NCBI GenBank assembly: GCA_030390025.1
Contig: CM059441.1
Span: 20,708,001 to 20,772,000, forward strand
Length of the DNA: 64,000 bases
Direction of reading: 5' to 3'
Origin: Squalus acanthias
Taxonomy: Eukaryota
A program made the position numbers and the translations under genes. Under the pieces are notes generated by a model, which saw only the letters and a program-made list of their open reading frames with translations, did not search any database and was not told the origin of the DNA. Shown here piece by piece: positions 49,426-62,245 of this stretch (position 1 is the first letter of the stretch; the number at the start of each line of letters is the position of its first letter).

Positions 49426-49705
49426 TGCCAGCTGTGGCTCAGTTGGTAGCACCCTCTGAGTCAGAAGGTTGTGGGTTCAAGTCCCACTCCGGAGACTTGA
49501 GCACATAAGGCTAGGCTGATACTTCAGTGCAGTACTGAGGGGAGTGCTGCACTGTCGAAGGTGCTGTCTTTCGGATGGGGAAAAAAGCGAGGCCTACATT
49601 ACAACAGTGACTTCACTTCAAAAGTACTTCATTAGTTGTAAAGCACTTTAGGACATCTGAGGTCCTTAAAGGGGCTATATAAATGCACGTCTTCCATTCT
49701 TCTTT
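49426..49705 (+). mobile_element. Deu-domain SINE, internally deleted
   Basis: A/B box head joined to the tail. Confidence 0.72.
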
Positions 49706-50070
49706 CTGTGTACGTTTTTGTTCCCTGGCCTGTCTGGGCTTCAGTGTTCCAGGGAAAAACCCTCTTTTGACACAAAGAAATGCTGTTTCCCTTGCTCCGT
49801 AGGGTTAGGCTCTTGGATGCCTCTCAGGAAAGGTTCTCTAGCTTTGGTGGAACTTCTTCTAGGGAGTCAAAAATGGATGTCACCTGTTCACCAAGCAGCC
49901 TCATCCAATTAATCGATAGCTCTAACAACCTTTTCGGAAGGTGAGGTGGGAATCCTGATATTTGTAACCAAACAAACCTGCCAAGAATTATTCCCTCAGC
50001 ACCATATCAAAACATCTGTAGCTAGCTTGACGTGCAATTTTGCTATCATTAGTCTAAAGTCTGAGTTAAA

Positions 50071-50372
50071 AACATAAGAAATAGGAGCTGGAGTAGGCCA
50101 TTCGGCCCTTCGAGCCGGCTCTTCCATTCAATAGGATCATGGCTGATCTTCTACCTCAACTCCACCTTCCTGCTCTATCCCTATATCTCTTGATTGCCTT
50201 AGTATCCAAAAATCTATCGACCTCTGTCTTGATTATACTCAATGACTGAGCATCCACATCCCTTGGGGTAGAGAATTCCAAAGATTCACAACCCTTTTAG
50301 TGAAGAAATTTCCCCTCATCTCAATCCTAAATGGCCGACCCCTTATTCTGAGACTGTGACCCCTGGTTCTAT
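50071..50372 (-). mobile_element. CR1 LINE 3' fragment
   Basis: Reverse-complement similarity to 1350-1637. Confidence 0.8.
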
Positions 50373-52575
50373 CATCATCCAGTATTGGTCAACAACCTAG
50401 ATGCTGTCGTCACATATTTGACACTAGTGATTGAAGGGTGCTCAGATCCAGGGGCATCAGAAGATGCTGGCAGTGGGCCTTGCACCTTGGTACCCCCTCA
50501 GATCAGAGGATCTGAAGAGGACAGGCAGCAAGGCAAGGGAGGGTGGAAAGGTATTACCTTTCTCTTGCCTCCCAACAGATCTTTGTGCCCAGAGGCATTG
50601 GGCGGGCTACTGTTCTCCAATGGCAGATTACTTCCCATATTACGTGAAAAAGACAACAGGGCTAATTTGTCGAGTCTGCACCTGAGTTTCTGATCTGTGC
50701 TGTTGTTGGGCAAGAGCCCACACCAACTCTTAAATAACAACCCCTCCTCAACCTTTGTCTTATGAATGCAGTTTACATAATTTAATGAATGAAAGGTAAA
50801 ACTAAAAGCCACATACTCAGACCAAGTGTTTGTAAAGTTTTAATGTCATTGTGGAGGAAAAGAAAAGTACAATCATTTAAATACATAATAAAGTGGTCGC
50901 ACACAGATGATAAAATAACAGGTATCTGGGGTTAACAATCCTTCACCTTCTGCAAAGTTAGATTAAAAAAATTGTGAATTAGTCTGCCATTAGTACCTCA
51001 GTAAATACATCAGGTAAGTTGTATATGGATTCCTAATTTAGCCATCATCCTTTGAAAGTCAGTAACTGTTATATAAAACATTTCTAAATGTATTCCTTTG
51101 AATTCATGCACAGTTTGGTTCACGATTGATAAAACAAATAGGATTTCAAACTTCCATTTGCACAATTGCAGCCTTTAGTTTTGTTTATGTATCTGGGGAC
51201 AAATATTAATTACTTAAAAACAGTTTATAACACAATTCATTATCTCTCATAGCATAAAACGTGACTCTATAACATTTCATGTCAACCTCCTGTTTATCCA
51301 TTGTGTTAAAGCGAACAGATTCAATGAAGGAGACTATTTGTCAGCCTTAGGATTCCTTCATAATAAATTATGAACATTCAGTTCATTCTTGGCCTCTGGT
51401 TGATTGTGTATTTGACACGATACATGTTTCTTTTTCACAATAGTCACGCATAAGATTTGATGTAATATAGGTTAACCGTATAGCTCAGTAATTATTGATC
51501 AGCTGGGCAAAGGATTGTTGACAACATGGACTAAGACTTTAATATAAATTGAAAGAAGAACCATTCTACTTGACTCTACTTAGCAGTGATTTAATTAGTC
51601 ATTTACATAGACGCCAATTGGCTGTGGGCTCTCAAATGTTGGCACATGCCTTAGGCGCCAATTGGCGATCTCATGTCATCACATTGGCATCCTCATCAAT
51701 TGCTGTTTCGATTAAACATTAACCTTATTTAAAAGGTAATTCTGAAGTGATTCATCCTTACACATTGCAACTTTAAATCTCCATAGATGTGTGTGGATGG
51801 TGTTTGATGTTGAATTGTGGAGAAATTAATTTTTGAACCTAAATAAATTAAGAAAGTTTGACTTTGGTACATTAAGGTGGAGTGTGTGCCTTAAAACCAA
51901 TCTAGAAGATATCCTTTAACACAAAAATTCACGTGCAAATTTGATTTCTGACTCTGCCGTTCAGCTTATTAGCTCTACATAAAATTTACAACACAGAAAC
52001 AGGTCATTCCGCCTAACCGTTCTATGCCGGTGTTTATGCTCCACTTGAGACTCCTCCCAATCTATTTACTTCATCTCACCCTATCAACATATCCTTCTAT
52101 TCCTTTCTCCCTCATGCACTTATCCCTTAAAGTCATCTATGCTATTCGCCTCAACCACTCCTTGTGGTAGCGAGTGCCACACTCTCACCACTTTCTAAGT
52201 AATGGTCCAGTCTAGCCAAAAATTGATGCATAAATAATCAAGATTTTCTCTCACAGATGCCTGTCACGATCAAAATTAATCCATCTTTTCCTCTACAAGT
52301 GTGAATTTACAGCACAAACTGAGCAAAAATTTACAGGACAAATAAGCGTTAAAAGGTTTGAAATAAAGTTTTGCAGAACGGAAATGGCCGGGATGTGGCA
52401 AGGACATGGAAACTGAGCATTCTCAAGCTGTTGCAAGAGTGTTTGTTTTACATTAAGAAACATCATCAGTGCTACATCATCACACTGCATGAAATGAGTT
52501 TCAGCCGCAGTTACAGGAAATGGAGAAGCCCCGAGGAAATTCATCCCATTATCCTTTATTTTAATAGTCGGTGAG

Positions 52576-52737
52576 ATTCCCAATTGCAGTAATCAAGAAT
52601 AGTGTTAACACCAATCATTCCCAACTGCACTAATCAAGTGTAATGTTAACACCAATCATTCCCAATTGCACTAATTAAGAGTAATGTTAACACCAATCAT
52701 TCCCAATTGCAGTAATCAAGAATGGTGTAATCACCAC
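52576..52737. repeat. 41-bp minisatellite, about 4 copies
   Basis: Unit attcccaattgcagtaatcaagaatagtgttaacaccaatc. Confidence 0.85.
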
Positions 52738-53619
52738 TCCAAGTTACTCAATTTTATGACTGGCACCAATGGTAAAAGTGTTACCCAACCAATGTTCCCG
52801 TTAAGCTGCACGGCTGCGCAGCTCTCTGGAGCTCCCTCGCAGCCGGCACACCGGCTCTTAAATAAAAGAAAACGTGCATGCGCGGGATTCTGAATGGGCC
52901 GCGCACCCAAAAGAAAATTTAAAGGCAACAACTTCCCTCTTTGTTTATGAATACAGATGAGATTCATGGCTCATTTACAATGGAGCGAGGGGCTGCACCC
53001 TTTGATTTTCCAGCACTGACTGCACACAAGTTCGCCATTGCTCCATCGTGTTAAATAACGCCCTGCACCCCGAGCACCTTCAGTATGGAATGTAACCTGG
53101 AGAACAGGACTCCAATCGTAGTGTGCTGTCAGCGTTAAATAAAAACAGGAACGCTAACAGCAAGTGCAATGACTGTAAGCAAAAAAGCATTATAGGGAAC
53201 TATACCGTTTAAACAGTTGTGATTCTCTATGAATCACTGCGGAAACAATTATTGTCACTTCACACTAAATTGTTAATATTTCAAAGATCAATTGAATATT
53301 ATTTTGCCTACACATAGTGAATAGTCAGGAAGAAATTATGGTTGTGCATATTGTCCCGTGTTGTTCTGGTGCTGTATGTGCCTGAATGGCACAGCCAGAG
53401 CACACGTACAGGGCCATAAGAACACAGGACTGCCCATCAATGTCTGTGCTTCACCCATCCATCCATCCTTTTCTAACGTAACAAGGTACTTTTTTTATTT
53501 TTCTGCTTGCTCCCAGTTTTGAAAAATGGCTGGCACTTTGCCAGAGTGAGGGTGACTGCTCGGGTAAGCAGGCTGCCAGTGATGCTGGCTGAGATGTCAC
53601 AGGTTATCGGCACAGAACA

Positions 53620-53955
53620 ACAGGAGGAGGCCATTCAGCCCCTCGAGCCTCTTCCACCATTCAATTAGATCATGGCTGATTTGTATCCTAACTCCATCTA
53701 CCCGCCTTGGTTCCATAACCGTTAATACCCTTGGCTAACAAAAAATCTATCAATTACAGTTTTGAAATTTTCAATTGATCCCCAGTCCCAACAGCTTTTT
53801 TGGGGGGTAGAGAGATCCAGATTCCCACTACCCTTTGCGTAAAGAAGTGATTCCTGACAACACCCCTGAACGGCCTAGCTCTAATTATAAGGTTATGCTC
53901 CCTTGCTTTGGACTCCCCCACCAGAGGAAATAGTTTCTCCCTATCTACCCTATCA
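53620..53955 (-). mobile_element. CR1 LINE 3' fragment in the gene B 3' UTR region
   Basis: HFFTQRVVGIW motif and CR1 3' UTR. Confidence 0.78.
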
Positions 53956-54177
53956 GGTTCAAAGGGCACCTGAGGGCAAAGGTTGCGAGGGTCCATGCCG
54001 CTGGCAAATATCGGAAAAATGCGGGCACGCTGCCTGTGATTTTTCCGATATGCACCAGCTGGACGCGAGGTGCGAAATTATACTCATACTCTTAACGGAA
54101 TAATTTACAATTTACAGGGACATCATTCTTCAGAAAATGGGTCGGAAGTAGCTTGCAGAAGTCATGTTGTAAGAAAA

Positions 54178-54369
54178 TTACTTTTTGAATACAATAGTAG
54201 AATACTCTGTTGGTTCTGAAGCAAGAGGTTCGGTAACTGAAGGCTTGATTGCCTCTTGACTGTTGGAAGGTTTCACGTTATCGTAAGTAGGGGCGTCCTC
54301 CTGAGGGCGATCACTGGGCTGAATCGTCACAGTGGCATAAGTAACTCCTTCTTCAAACTCTCTGGACAA
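54178..54369 (-). CDS. Gene B terminal exon, inhibitory tail with ITIM VTYATV, YDNV and ITSM TEYSTI
   Basis: ctctttgtcttcag acceptor in phase 0, then 63 codons and TAA. Canonical V-x-Y-x-x-V and T-x-Y-x-x-I motifs. Confidence 0.9.
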   Translation of the reverse strand: MSREFEEGVTYATVTIQPSDRPQEDAPTYDNVKPSNSQEAIKPSVTEPLASEPTEYSTIVFKK

Positions 54370-55184
54370 CTGAAGACAAAGAGTACAAGGATGTGGTTGA
54401 TGGTAATGAAGCAATGAGTCAATTCATCATTAAAATACAAAAATGAAAATTTAGATAATATTCTTTTATTTTAGAAAAAGACACTTTAAGGTACTGAGTA
54501 AATAGGGAGTCAAATCGATATCAAATGCAGCTACTTGAGTTAATCAACAACTTTGTTTTTGGAATGAATTTGAACCATTCCAGCACCACTGTTGATCTCA
54601 AGGGATTATCGACAAGTATACTATTGGCAGAGCCTCCTTCACAGTTTGATGTATAAAAATGCCTCAGTAATTGACCTGGTTGCATATATTACATGGCCAA
54701 GTGTCTTAGCTTCAAAGCTGGATTCCAACCGGTGAAAACCTAGGCCCCAAAATTCTGATTGGGCCTTGGGTGCTTCTGCAACAGATGGAGACCAGCAAAA
54801 TGGGGAGGAACGTCACAGCTGAAAATGTTCCCAACGGGGAGGGGAGGAAGAGGGTGAGTCTCCCACTAACCCCGCCCCCCCCCCCCCACCCACCACCTCT
54901 ACCCCCTCCATGTCAAGGGTCATGTTGGAGGGGAGCTCAAAGGCTACCCTGATAATACCGTCCATTATATCCTCAGGAGGACTCGGCAGAAGTTTCACCA
55001 GGTGAGACTCCTGCTGAGGCCCTGGGGAAAGGCCCGAGAACTCACGCAGCCTAAGGCAATCGATTACTTTAAGTGGCCCAGTGCTCCCTTGGGTTACAAT
55101 TTTCAAACGTGGGTTGCCCACCTTGATTTTATAGTGGACGCCATGCCCGGGATTTGGGAAGGGGTCTGGGCCTTTCTCCATCAT

Positions 55185-55535
55185 ACGAACAGGAGTTGGC
55201 CATTTAGCCCTTTGAGCCTGTTCCGCCATTCAATGAGATCATGGCTGATCTGCCACCTAACTCCAAATACCCGCCTTTGGTCCACATCCCTTAATACCTT
55301 TGGTTAATAAAAATCTATCAATCTCAGATTTAAAATTAACAATTGATCTCGCAACAAATGCCGTTTGCAGAAGAGAGTTCCAAACTTCTACCACCCTTTG
55401 CGTGAAGTGTTTCCTAACTTCACTCCTGAAAAGTCTGGCTCTAATTTTTAGGCTATGACCCCAAGTCCTAGAATCCCCAACCAGCAGAAATAGTTTCTCT
55501 CCATCTAACCTATCAGCTCCCTTTAATATCTTGAG
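55185..55535 (-). mobile_element. CR1 LINE 3' fragment
   Basis: Similar to 53620-53955. Confidence 0.75.
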
Positions 55536-56137
55536 AACAGCACGCTCAGGTCTTGCTCTGCCTCACTGGGGGGATGTGGGGGAATATTGGAATTTGGCCC
55601 TCCCCCCAGTTTTTCTAACCTCTCTTCCACGTGCGCAATGAATATTGGGAGCCAGGCAGAAGAAGAAACCAGGCAGATAAGAGGTTCAAAGCTGAAATTT
55701 GTAGGGATAACAACAACAACAACTTGTATTTATATAGTGCCTTTAACGTAGTAAAATGTCCCAACAGGAGTGTTATAAGACAAAAATTTGACACTGAGCC
55801 ACATAAGGAGAAATTAGAACAGGCTTGGTCAAAGAGGTAGGTTTTAAGGAGCATCTTAAAGGAGGAAAGAGAGGTAGAGAGGCGGAGAGGTTTAGGGAGG
55901 GAATTCTAGAGCTTAGGGCCTCGGCAGCTGAAGGCACGGCCACCAATGGTGGCGCGATTAAAAGTGGGGATGTTCAAAACGTTAAAAATAATAGGATAGA
56001 TCTGATTAGGTTAAAAAGAAAGAAATGAAAGTTAAACATTGGACAAGGAATGGAAGAAAGAGAAAATAATGAGACCGGAGAGAGCAGAATTAAAATATCT
56101 TTTATGTATTTAATTGAAATTACTTTTTAATTTTAAT

Positions 56138-56283
56138 TAAGCTTGACATCTGTGTGCCGGGAACAAAGCAAAAAGGGAATACTTACAGCAGAACTCTAAT
56201 TAAAATAATTTTGTACTTCTAATTAAAATTCTGCTGCAAGTATTCCCTTTTGCGCTGTTCCCCGCTCACAGATATCAAGGTTA
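56138..56283. repeat. Inverted repeat/hairpin of about 145 bp
   Basis: cttgacatctgtg..gggaatacttacagcagaa pairs with ttctgctgcaagtattccc..cacagatatcaag. Confidence 0.75.
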
Positions 56284-56434
56284 GTATGTCTAATATTCCC
56301 CAACAAAGCACATAAAGTTATGAAATTTTCACAGGAGCTTTGAAATTACACTGCAGAATAATAGGTCGGAACATCTGTTTGAAGCTCCTTTCCCCGCTCT
56401 TTCAAACAGGTTGACACCTCCACTAAAATGGCAG

Positions 56435-56915
56435 AGGATGCGGCCCGTATCCTAACCTGCCCCAAGTCCCGTTCACCCATCACCCCTGTGCTCGCTGACC
56501 TACATTGGCTCGCGGTCCGGCTACGTCTCAAATTTTAATATTTTCATCCTGGTTTTCAAATCCCTCCTTAACCTTGCTCCTCCCTATCTCTGTAACCTCC
56601 TCCAGCTCTATAAACCTCCGAGATCTCTGCGCCCCTCCAATTCTGGCCTCTTGCGTATCCCCGATTTTCGTCGCTCCACCATTGGCGGCCGTGCCTTCAG
56701 CTGCCTGGGCCCTAAGCTCTGGAATTCCCTGCCTAAACCTCTCGCCTCTCTACAGCTCTCTTCTCTTTAAGAGGCTCCTTAAAACCTACCTCTTTGACCT
56801 GTCCTAATACGTCCTTATGTGGCTCGGTGTCAAATTTTGTTTTAAAGGACTCCTGTGAAGCGCCTTGGGACATTTTACTATGTTAAAGGTGCTATATAAA
56901 TGCAAGTTGTTGTTG
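56435..56915 (+). mobile_element. L2-like LINE 3' end (other copies near 4790-5510, 11060-11293, 26400-26670, 55710-55975, 61213-61690)
   Basis: GGRAFS..LWNSLP..FK..LKTYLF-type C-terminus and a (TTG)n tail. Confidence 0.75.
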
Positions 56916-57038
56916 AGAGAGAAATTTCTGATGAATGCATAAAGCGTGTGTATCTATTATCCTAACACATCACTTCACAGGCTAATAGATTTTGCAGGCA
57001 CTGAACCACCCAGTACTGTCAAGAGGTTGCAGCCTTAC

Positions 57039-57094
57039 CACAGAGTTCGACTTTGGAATAGAATTTTCTATTGTTGATTCTTTCTCTCTGTTAT
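57039..57094 (-). CDS. Gene B cytoplasmic exon, (D)NREKESTIENSIPKSNSV
   Basis: tttctattttctag acceptor and gtaagg donor, 56 nt, phase 1 to 0. Confidence 0.85.
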
Positions 57095-57516
57095 CTAGAA
57101 AATAGAAACGTGAAGGTAATGAATAAAGTCATGCAAAGCAGCAGGAAGATTCAAAATGTAACTTTTTCAGTTGTATTAAATGCCGTTTTTTAATTTATTG
57201 CACTTTTTAGTATTCCCAATTCAATACTGGGGTAAATTAGAGTATTGAGGTAATTTTGGGGAAAAGAAACTGGACTATACTTCACGAGTAGCCGACAACT
57301 TCAGCCATTGTGTAACAGTTAAAACCTCGCCCCCCAACAATTCATTGCATAAGAAAACATTAACGTCAAACATGGGTTTGCATTAGTTACTTATTGTACG
57401 GTAAAATGCTTCTAGTCTGTGTCAGGCAGTTGTATTAAATCTCATGATATATTGTTTCACTGCTCAATCACCTTTCATTAACTTCTAATTGGATCTACAA
57501 TTTAAAAAAAAAAATT

Positions 57517-57985
57517 GTTTATGGGATGTGGGCGTCGCTGGCAATGCCAGCATTTATTGCCCAGCCCTAATTGCCCTTGAGAAGGTGGTGGTGAGCCGCC
57601 TTCTTGAACTGCTGCAGTCCGTGTGGTGAAGGTGCTCCCACAGTGCTGTTAGGGAGGGAGTTCCAGGATTTTGACCCAGCGAAGATGAAGGAACGGCCGA
57701 TATATTTCCAGGTCAGGATGGTGTGAGACTTGGAGGGGAACTTGGAGGTGGTGGTGTTCCCTTGTGCCTGCTGCCCTTGTCCTTCTAGGTGGAAGAGGTC
57801 GCGGGTTTGGGAGGTGTTGCCGAAGAAGCCTTGGCGAGTTGCTGCAGTGCATCTTGTAGATGGTACACACTGCAGCCACGGTACGCCGGTGGCGGAGGGA
57901 GTGAATGTTTAAGGTGGTGGATGGGGTGCCAATCAAGCGGGCTGCTTTGTCCTGGATGGTGTTGAGCTTCTTGAGTGTTGTTGGA
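57517..57985 (-). mobile_element. Second-family LINE 3' fragment
   Basis: Near-identical to 11990-12450. Confidence 0.8.
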
Positions 57986-58339
57986 GGACATAGCTGGGCA
58001 GTGTTCCACATTTTGAGAAAGGGTACAGCTGCTTTTCATACCATGGCAGCCTTGTCATAAGTCAGCATTGCAGTATGCCTGGAAGGAGCTGAGAGTAGGT
58101 TGGGTTTGCTCTTCTGCAATAAAAGTGAGGGAATGTTGGGTATACCTGCAGCTTGAGTTATGACGAGTTTGTGTGTCATAAGGTCTATATTTATGTCTGT
58201 CACCTTTTTAGGAGCTATCAGTCAGTCTTTGCAGGAAGACCAAGAACCTTTTTTTTTCACTTTATTGCCCAAGAGAAATGCCACAAGAGATCAAATATTT
58301 AATGCGTAAGAAATCACAGTTAGCAACAATCCTACTAAT

Positions 58340-58700
58340 AGCTAAATATGAAAACAATTTGTGTACCATCTACAAGATGCAATGCAGCAACTCGCCAAGG
58401 TTTCTTCCGCAGCCCCTCCCAAACCCACGACCTCTTCCACCGAGAAGGACAAGGGCAGCAGGCACATGGGAACACCACCACCTCCAAGTTCCCCTCCAAG
58501 TCACACACCATCCTGACTTAGAAGTATATCACCGATCCGTCGCTGGGTCAAACTCCTGGAACTCCCTACCTAACAGCACTGTGGGAGCACCTTCACCACA
58601 CGGACTGCAGCAGTTCAAGAAGGCGGCTCACCACCACCTTCTCAAGGGCAATTAGGGATGGGCAATAAATGCTGGCCTTGCCAGCGACGCCCACATCCCA
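58340..58700 (+). mobile_element. Second-family LINE 3' fragment, inverted relative to 57517-57985
   Basis: Same tail on the opposite strand. Confidence 0.8.
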
Positions 58701-60055
58701 TAAACGAATTTAAAAAAAATCACCTCATGCAAGAACGCCTTCATATCGATAGCCATAAAACAGGGAGTCATCTGTGGGGCTGATCTGTCACTTATCTGCA
58801 GACTTATTGGGTTTCCTATCCCCTCGTTTATGCCTGTCATGTTTTAATCCTCTCCCTCTTTCACCTTGGCAAATGCTGCCAATGGATTAAGATGCCTTTT
58901 TTTTTTAGCCTTTCCAATGGTTGTAAAAATGCTAGTCTCATTCTACTGTCACTTGCCTTTAATTGCCTCCACCCCTTTAAATTCCACCCTACACCTGCCC
59001 AAATCTTCACCTGGCGCTGTGAATCATTCTGACCCGCAAAAATCGAGTGCCATCCACAGATTACCATTCTGGTCAGATTTGTACTATTGAACAAACTTAT
59101 ATAAATTATATGGAAATTAGCCCCATTAACTGGTCATTCGTTTCATTTGCTGTTTGCAGGGCCTTGCTGTGTATAAATTGGCTGCCCTATTTGCCTACTT
59201 AACAACAATGATGACACTTCAAGAGTAATTCATTGAATGTAAACTATCTCAGCGTGTCCCGAGGATGCTGTGGAAAGGGAATCCTCTTTTTGTTTTCTAT
59301 ATGCTTTTGGAGTTGAGGAATATCTGCCTAATCTAATTATTCTCTAAGCTAAAGCACAGAACACTAACACTTAACAGCCCCAACAAATATGCAATTTGCA
59401 AGCGATTCCACATGAGATTATCTATCAGGTAATTAGATAATGGCAGTTTTAGTTACAAAGGAATCATTTAGTATTTGATAACTCATTCATTCATGTTGCT
59501 TTCGATATTTGTTCGAGAAATTATAATTGTTTCGCTTCTTTATCCAGTACTAAACTGGAGCATGGTCTTGACTCTCCGCACACAAATGATAGAGAAAATA
59601 CAGACAAGTAGTCCTTTTAATTAAGAAATAAAATCACCTTTGTGTTGCTAACGTGACTCCCAAGCATTTTAAAATCATCAGCGAGAAACAATACACGTTG
59701 CTCTGTGCCACATACAAATTGCCGGAATGTTACTGGCAATCCTGTCACCATTATATTGTGCTGAATAGACAGTGCAACAGAGTTCCTATTCTTCCAAAGA
59801 AATAAAGGAAGTACCGTCACTTTTGGCTGACTGCTTTGCTGAGATTAGTGCCAGATTGGAATGAAATTATGAGGAGATTTCTGTGCTGACAAGACGTACG
59901 TACTGCTGAAATGCAGATATAAGTAGAACCTCAACAGCAAGTCAAGACACGATCCGTTAAAGGTTGTTCCCTATCACGTGGTTGGTTTTCGTTTACTTTC
60001 TTCGAAAGATGCATTTACTTTGCTGCATTAAAATTGGTTTCGTTTCTGAACTCAC

Positions 60056-60156
60056 CGTTGTTTTTGTGCTTTCTTATTTTTTTGATAACTAGGATCACAA
60101 GTCCGAGAAGCATCATCGTCAAAATTCCAAAGATTAGTCCGAGTATTATGAAAAGC
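60056..60156 (-). CDS. Gene B transmembrane exon, LFIILGLIFGILTMMLLGLVILVIKKIRKHKNN
   Basis: aag acceptor after a pyrimidine tract and gtgag donor, phase 2 to 1. 24 uncharged, mostly hydrophobic residues are followed by KKIRKHK. Upstream exons were not identified in the window. Confidence 0.85.
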
Positions 60157-60199
60157 CTTGGCAGTTTATGAAAAACAGAGAGAAATTCTATGAGTATAG

Positions 60200-60772
60200 G
60201 ATTACATTACATAGGATTACATTACATAGGATATGCAGCCCAGAAACAGGCCATTCGGCCCAACCAGTCCATGACGGCGTTTATGCTCCACTCGAGCCTC
60301 CTCCCGTCTTTCCTCATCTAAATCTATCAGCGTAACCCTCTATTCCCTTCTTCCTCATATGCTTGTCTAGCCTCCCCTTAAATGCATCTATACTTTTCGC
60401 CTCAACCACTCCCTGTTGTAGCGAGTTCCACATTCTCACCACTCTCTGGGTAAAAAAGTTTCTTCTGAATTCCCCATTGGATTTCTTGGTGACTATCTTA
60501 TATTGATGGCCTCTAGTTATGCTCTTCCCCACAAGTGGAAACATTCTCTCTGTATCCACTCTATCAAAATTTTTCATAATATTAGGTCACCCCTCAGCCT
60601 TCTTTTTTCAAGAGAAAAGAGACCCAGCCTATTCATCCTTTCCTTATATGTTTACCCTCGCATTTCTGGTATCATCCTTGGAAATCTTCTCTGCACCCTC
60701 TCCAGTGCCTCTATATTCTTTTTATAATATGGCGACCAGAACTGTATGCAGTACTCCAAGTGTGGTCTAACC
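60200..60772 (-). mobile_element. CR1 LINE 3' fragment
   Basis: FRRNFFTQRVVRMWNSL and a short tandem tail. Confidence 0.85.
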
Positions 60773-61347
60773 ATAGGGACAGACACAATCAGCTATCTAT
60801 GGACCATGACAGGTAAACCTGCACAGTAAAGCAACATTTTACAATATCTGCAATATCTCCCAGATGATATCACAGGGTAATGGAGTGGACCATTATCCAA
60901 TGTCACTAAATTAATGGTCCAACTATGATAGTTTAATGATGTTCTGATGAAAAGTCAGCCACCTGAAACATTAACCCTGTTTCTCGCTCCACAGATGCTG
61001 CCTGACCTGCTGAGTGTTTCTGTTTTTATTTTATGACTGTTTAATCCTCAGGCAATTCCAATCTCCCTGATCATTTTTAAAGTTTTCAGCTCACACACTG
61101 TGGTGCTGAAACGAATGCCCTCATTACAGTAATGCTACGATTAACTTTGTTACTGTAACATTAACCCTATAAACCCGAAATAATACAATGAATTGTGATT
61201 TCTTTCCTTCCAGCATTGGCGGCCGTGCCTTCAGCTGTCGAGGCCCTAAGCTCTGGAATTCCCTCCCAAACCTCTCCACCTCTCTCCTCCTTTATGTCGC
61301 TTCTTAAAACTTATCTCTTTGACCAAGCCTGTCCTAATATCTCTTTA

Positions 61348-61570
61348 AAATAACAACAACAGAAAATGCTGGAAACACTCAGCAGGTCAGGCAGCATCCG
61401 TGGAGAGAGAAACGGAGTTAACGTTTCAGGTCTGTGGCCCTTCAGGGACCGTCACAGACCTGAAACGTTGACTCTGTTTCTCTCTCCACGGATGCTGCCT
61501 GACCTGCTGAGTGTTTCCAGCATTTTCTGTTGTTATTTCAGATTTCCAGCATCCGCAGTAATTTGCTATT
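61348..61570. mobile_element. Penelope-like inverted terminal fragment, same family as 41940-42836
   Basis: About 75-bp inverted arms, 14-bp TSD CTAATATCTCTTTA, inside an L2 3' end. Confidence 0.78.
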
Positions 61571-62245
61571 CTAATATCTCTTTATGTGGCTCAGTGTCAA
61601 ATTTTATCTGGTAACGACTCCTGTGAAGCGACTTGGGAAGTTTTGCTACATTAAAGGCGCTATATAAATGCAAGTTGTTGTTGTTGTTGTTATGAATGTC
61701 AAATCATAAAGCATTGACTACTGCTTGTCCCATTGTCCCTTCCCCCTCCAAGTCTTTCTTCTCTTTTCTCTTCGGCTCCTATTTTTAACATTCTAACTAT
61801 GTCGCCTTTGTTTCTAACACACCGTGGAATAATATTCCTGCAGGGGCTGTCCCCAATCTCCCAGAAAAACTTTGGCAGATGATCAGAGGAAACCCTGGAG
61901 AAACAGCGCAACCCTCTTTTAAAATTAAATTGATTTTTTTTTTCAATTTACCTTCCTTTCTGAGCCTCTAGGTGATACCATTCACCAGACACAAAACCGA
62001 GCCACTCCATCATGCAGATGGGCTTAATTTAACTAAGATTTGGAAAATATTGCATAACAAATACCGCATAACATGCTATTCTACCATTGTCACAAGCCAA
62101 AGAGAAGATCTAAACTTCCCAAAGATCTCCACCACTGGGGGTTTGTCTTGTCTGGGTCTGTTGTAGACCAATTGATAGAGATTTATTGCCATGATTAGTC
62201 AACAACTCCATTATCGTCGCATCATGCGACTATCAGGATGGTAAA

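Noticed and set aside
52576-52737. CRISPR-like repeat array
   Set aside because: The repeats are contiguous with no unique spacers, and the context is eukaryotic.
61951-62020. Donor AG-gtaaat as a candidate stalk exon for gene B
   Set aside because: There is no convincing phase-1 acceptor and the composition is not stalk-like. The stalk is probably outside the window or unrecognised.
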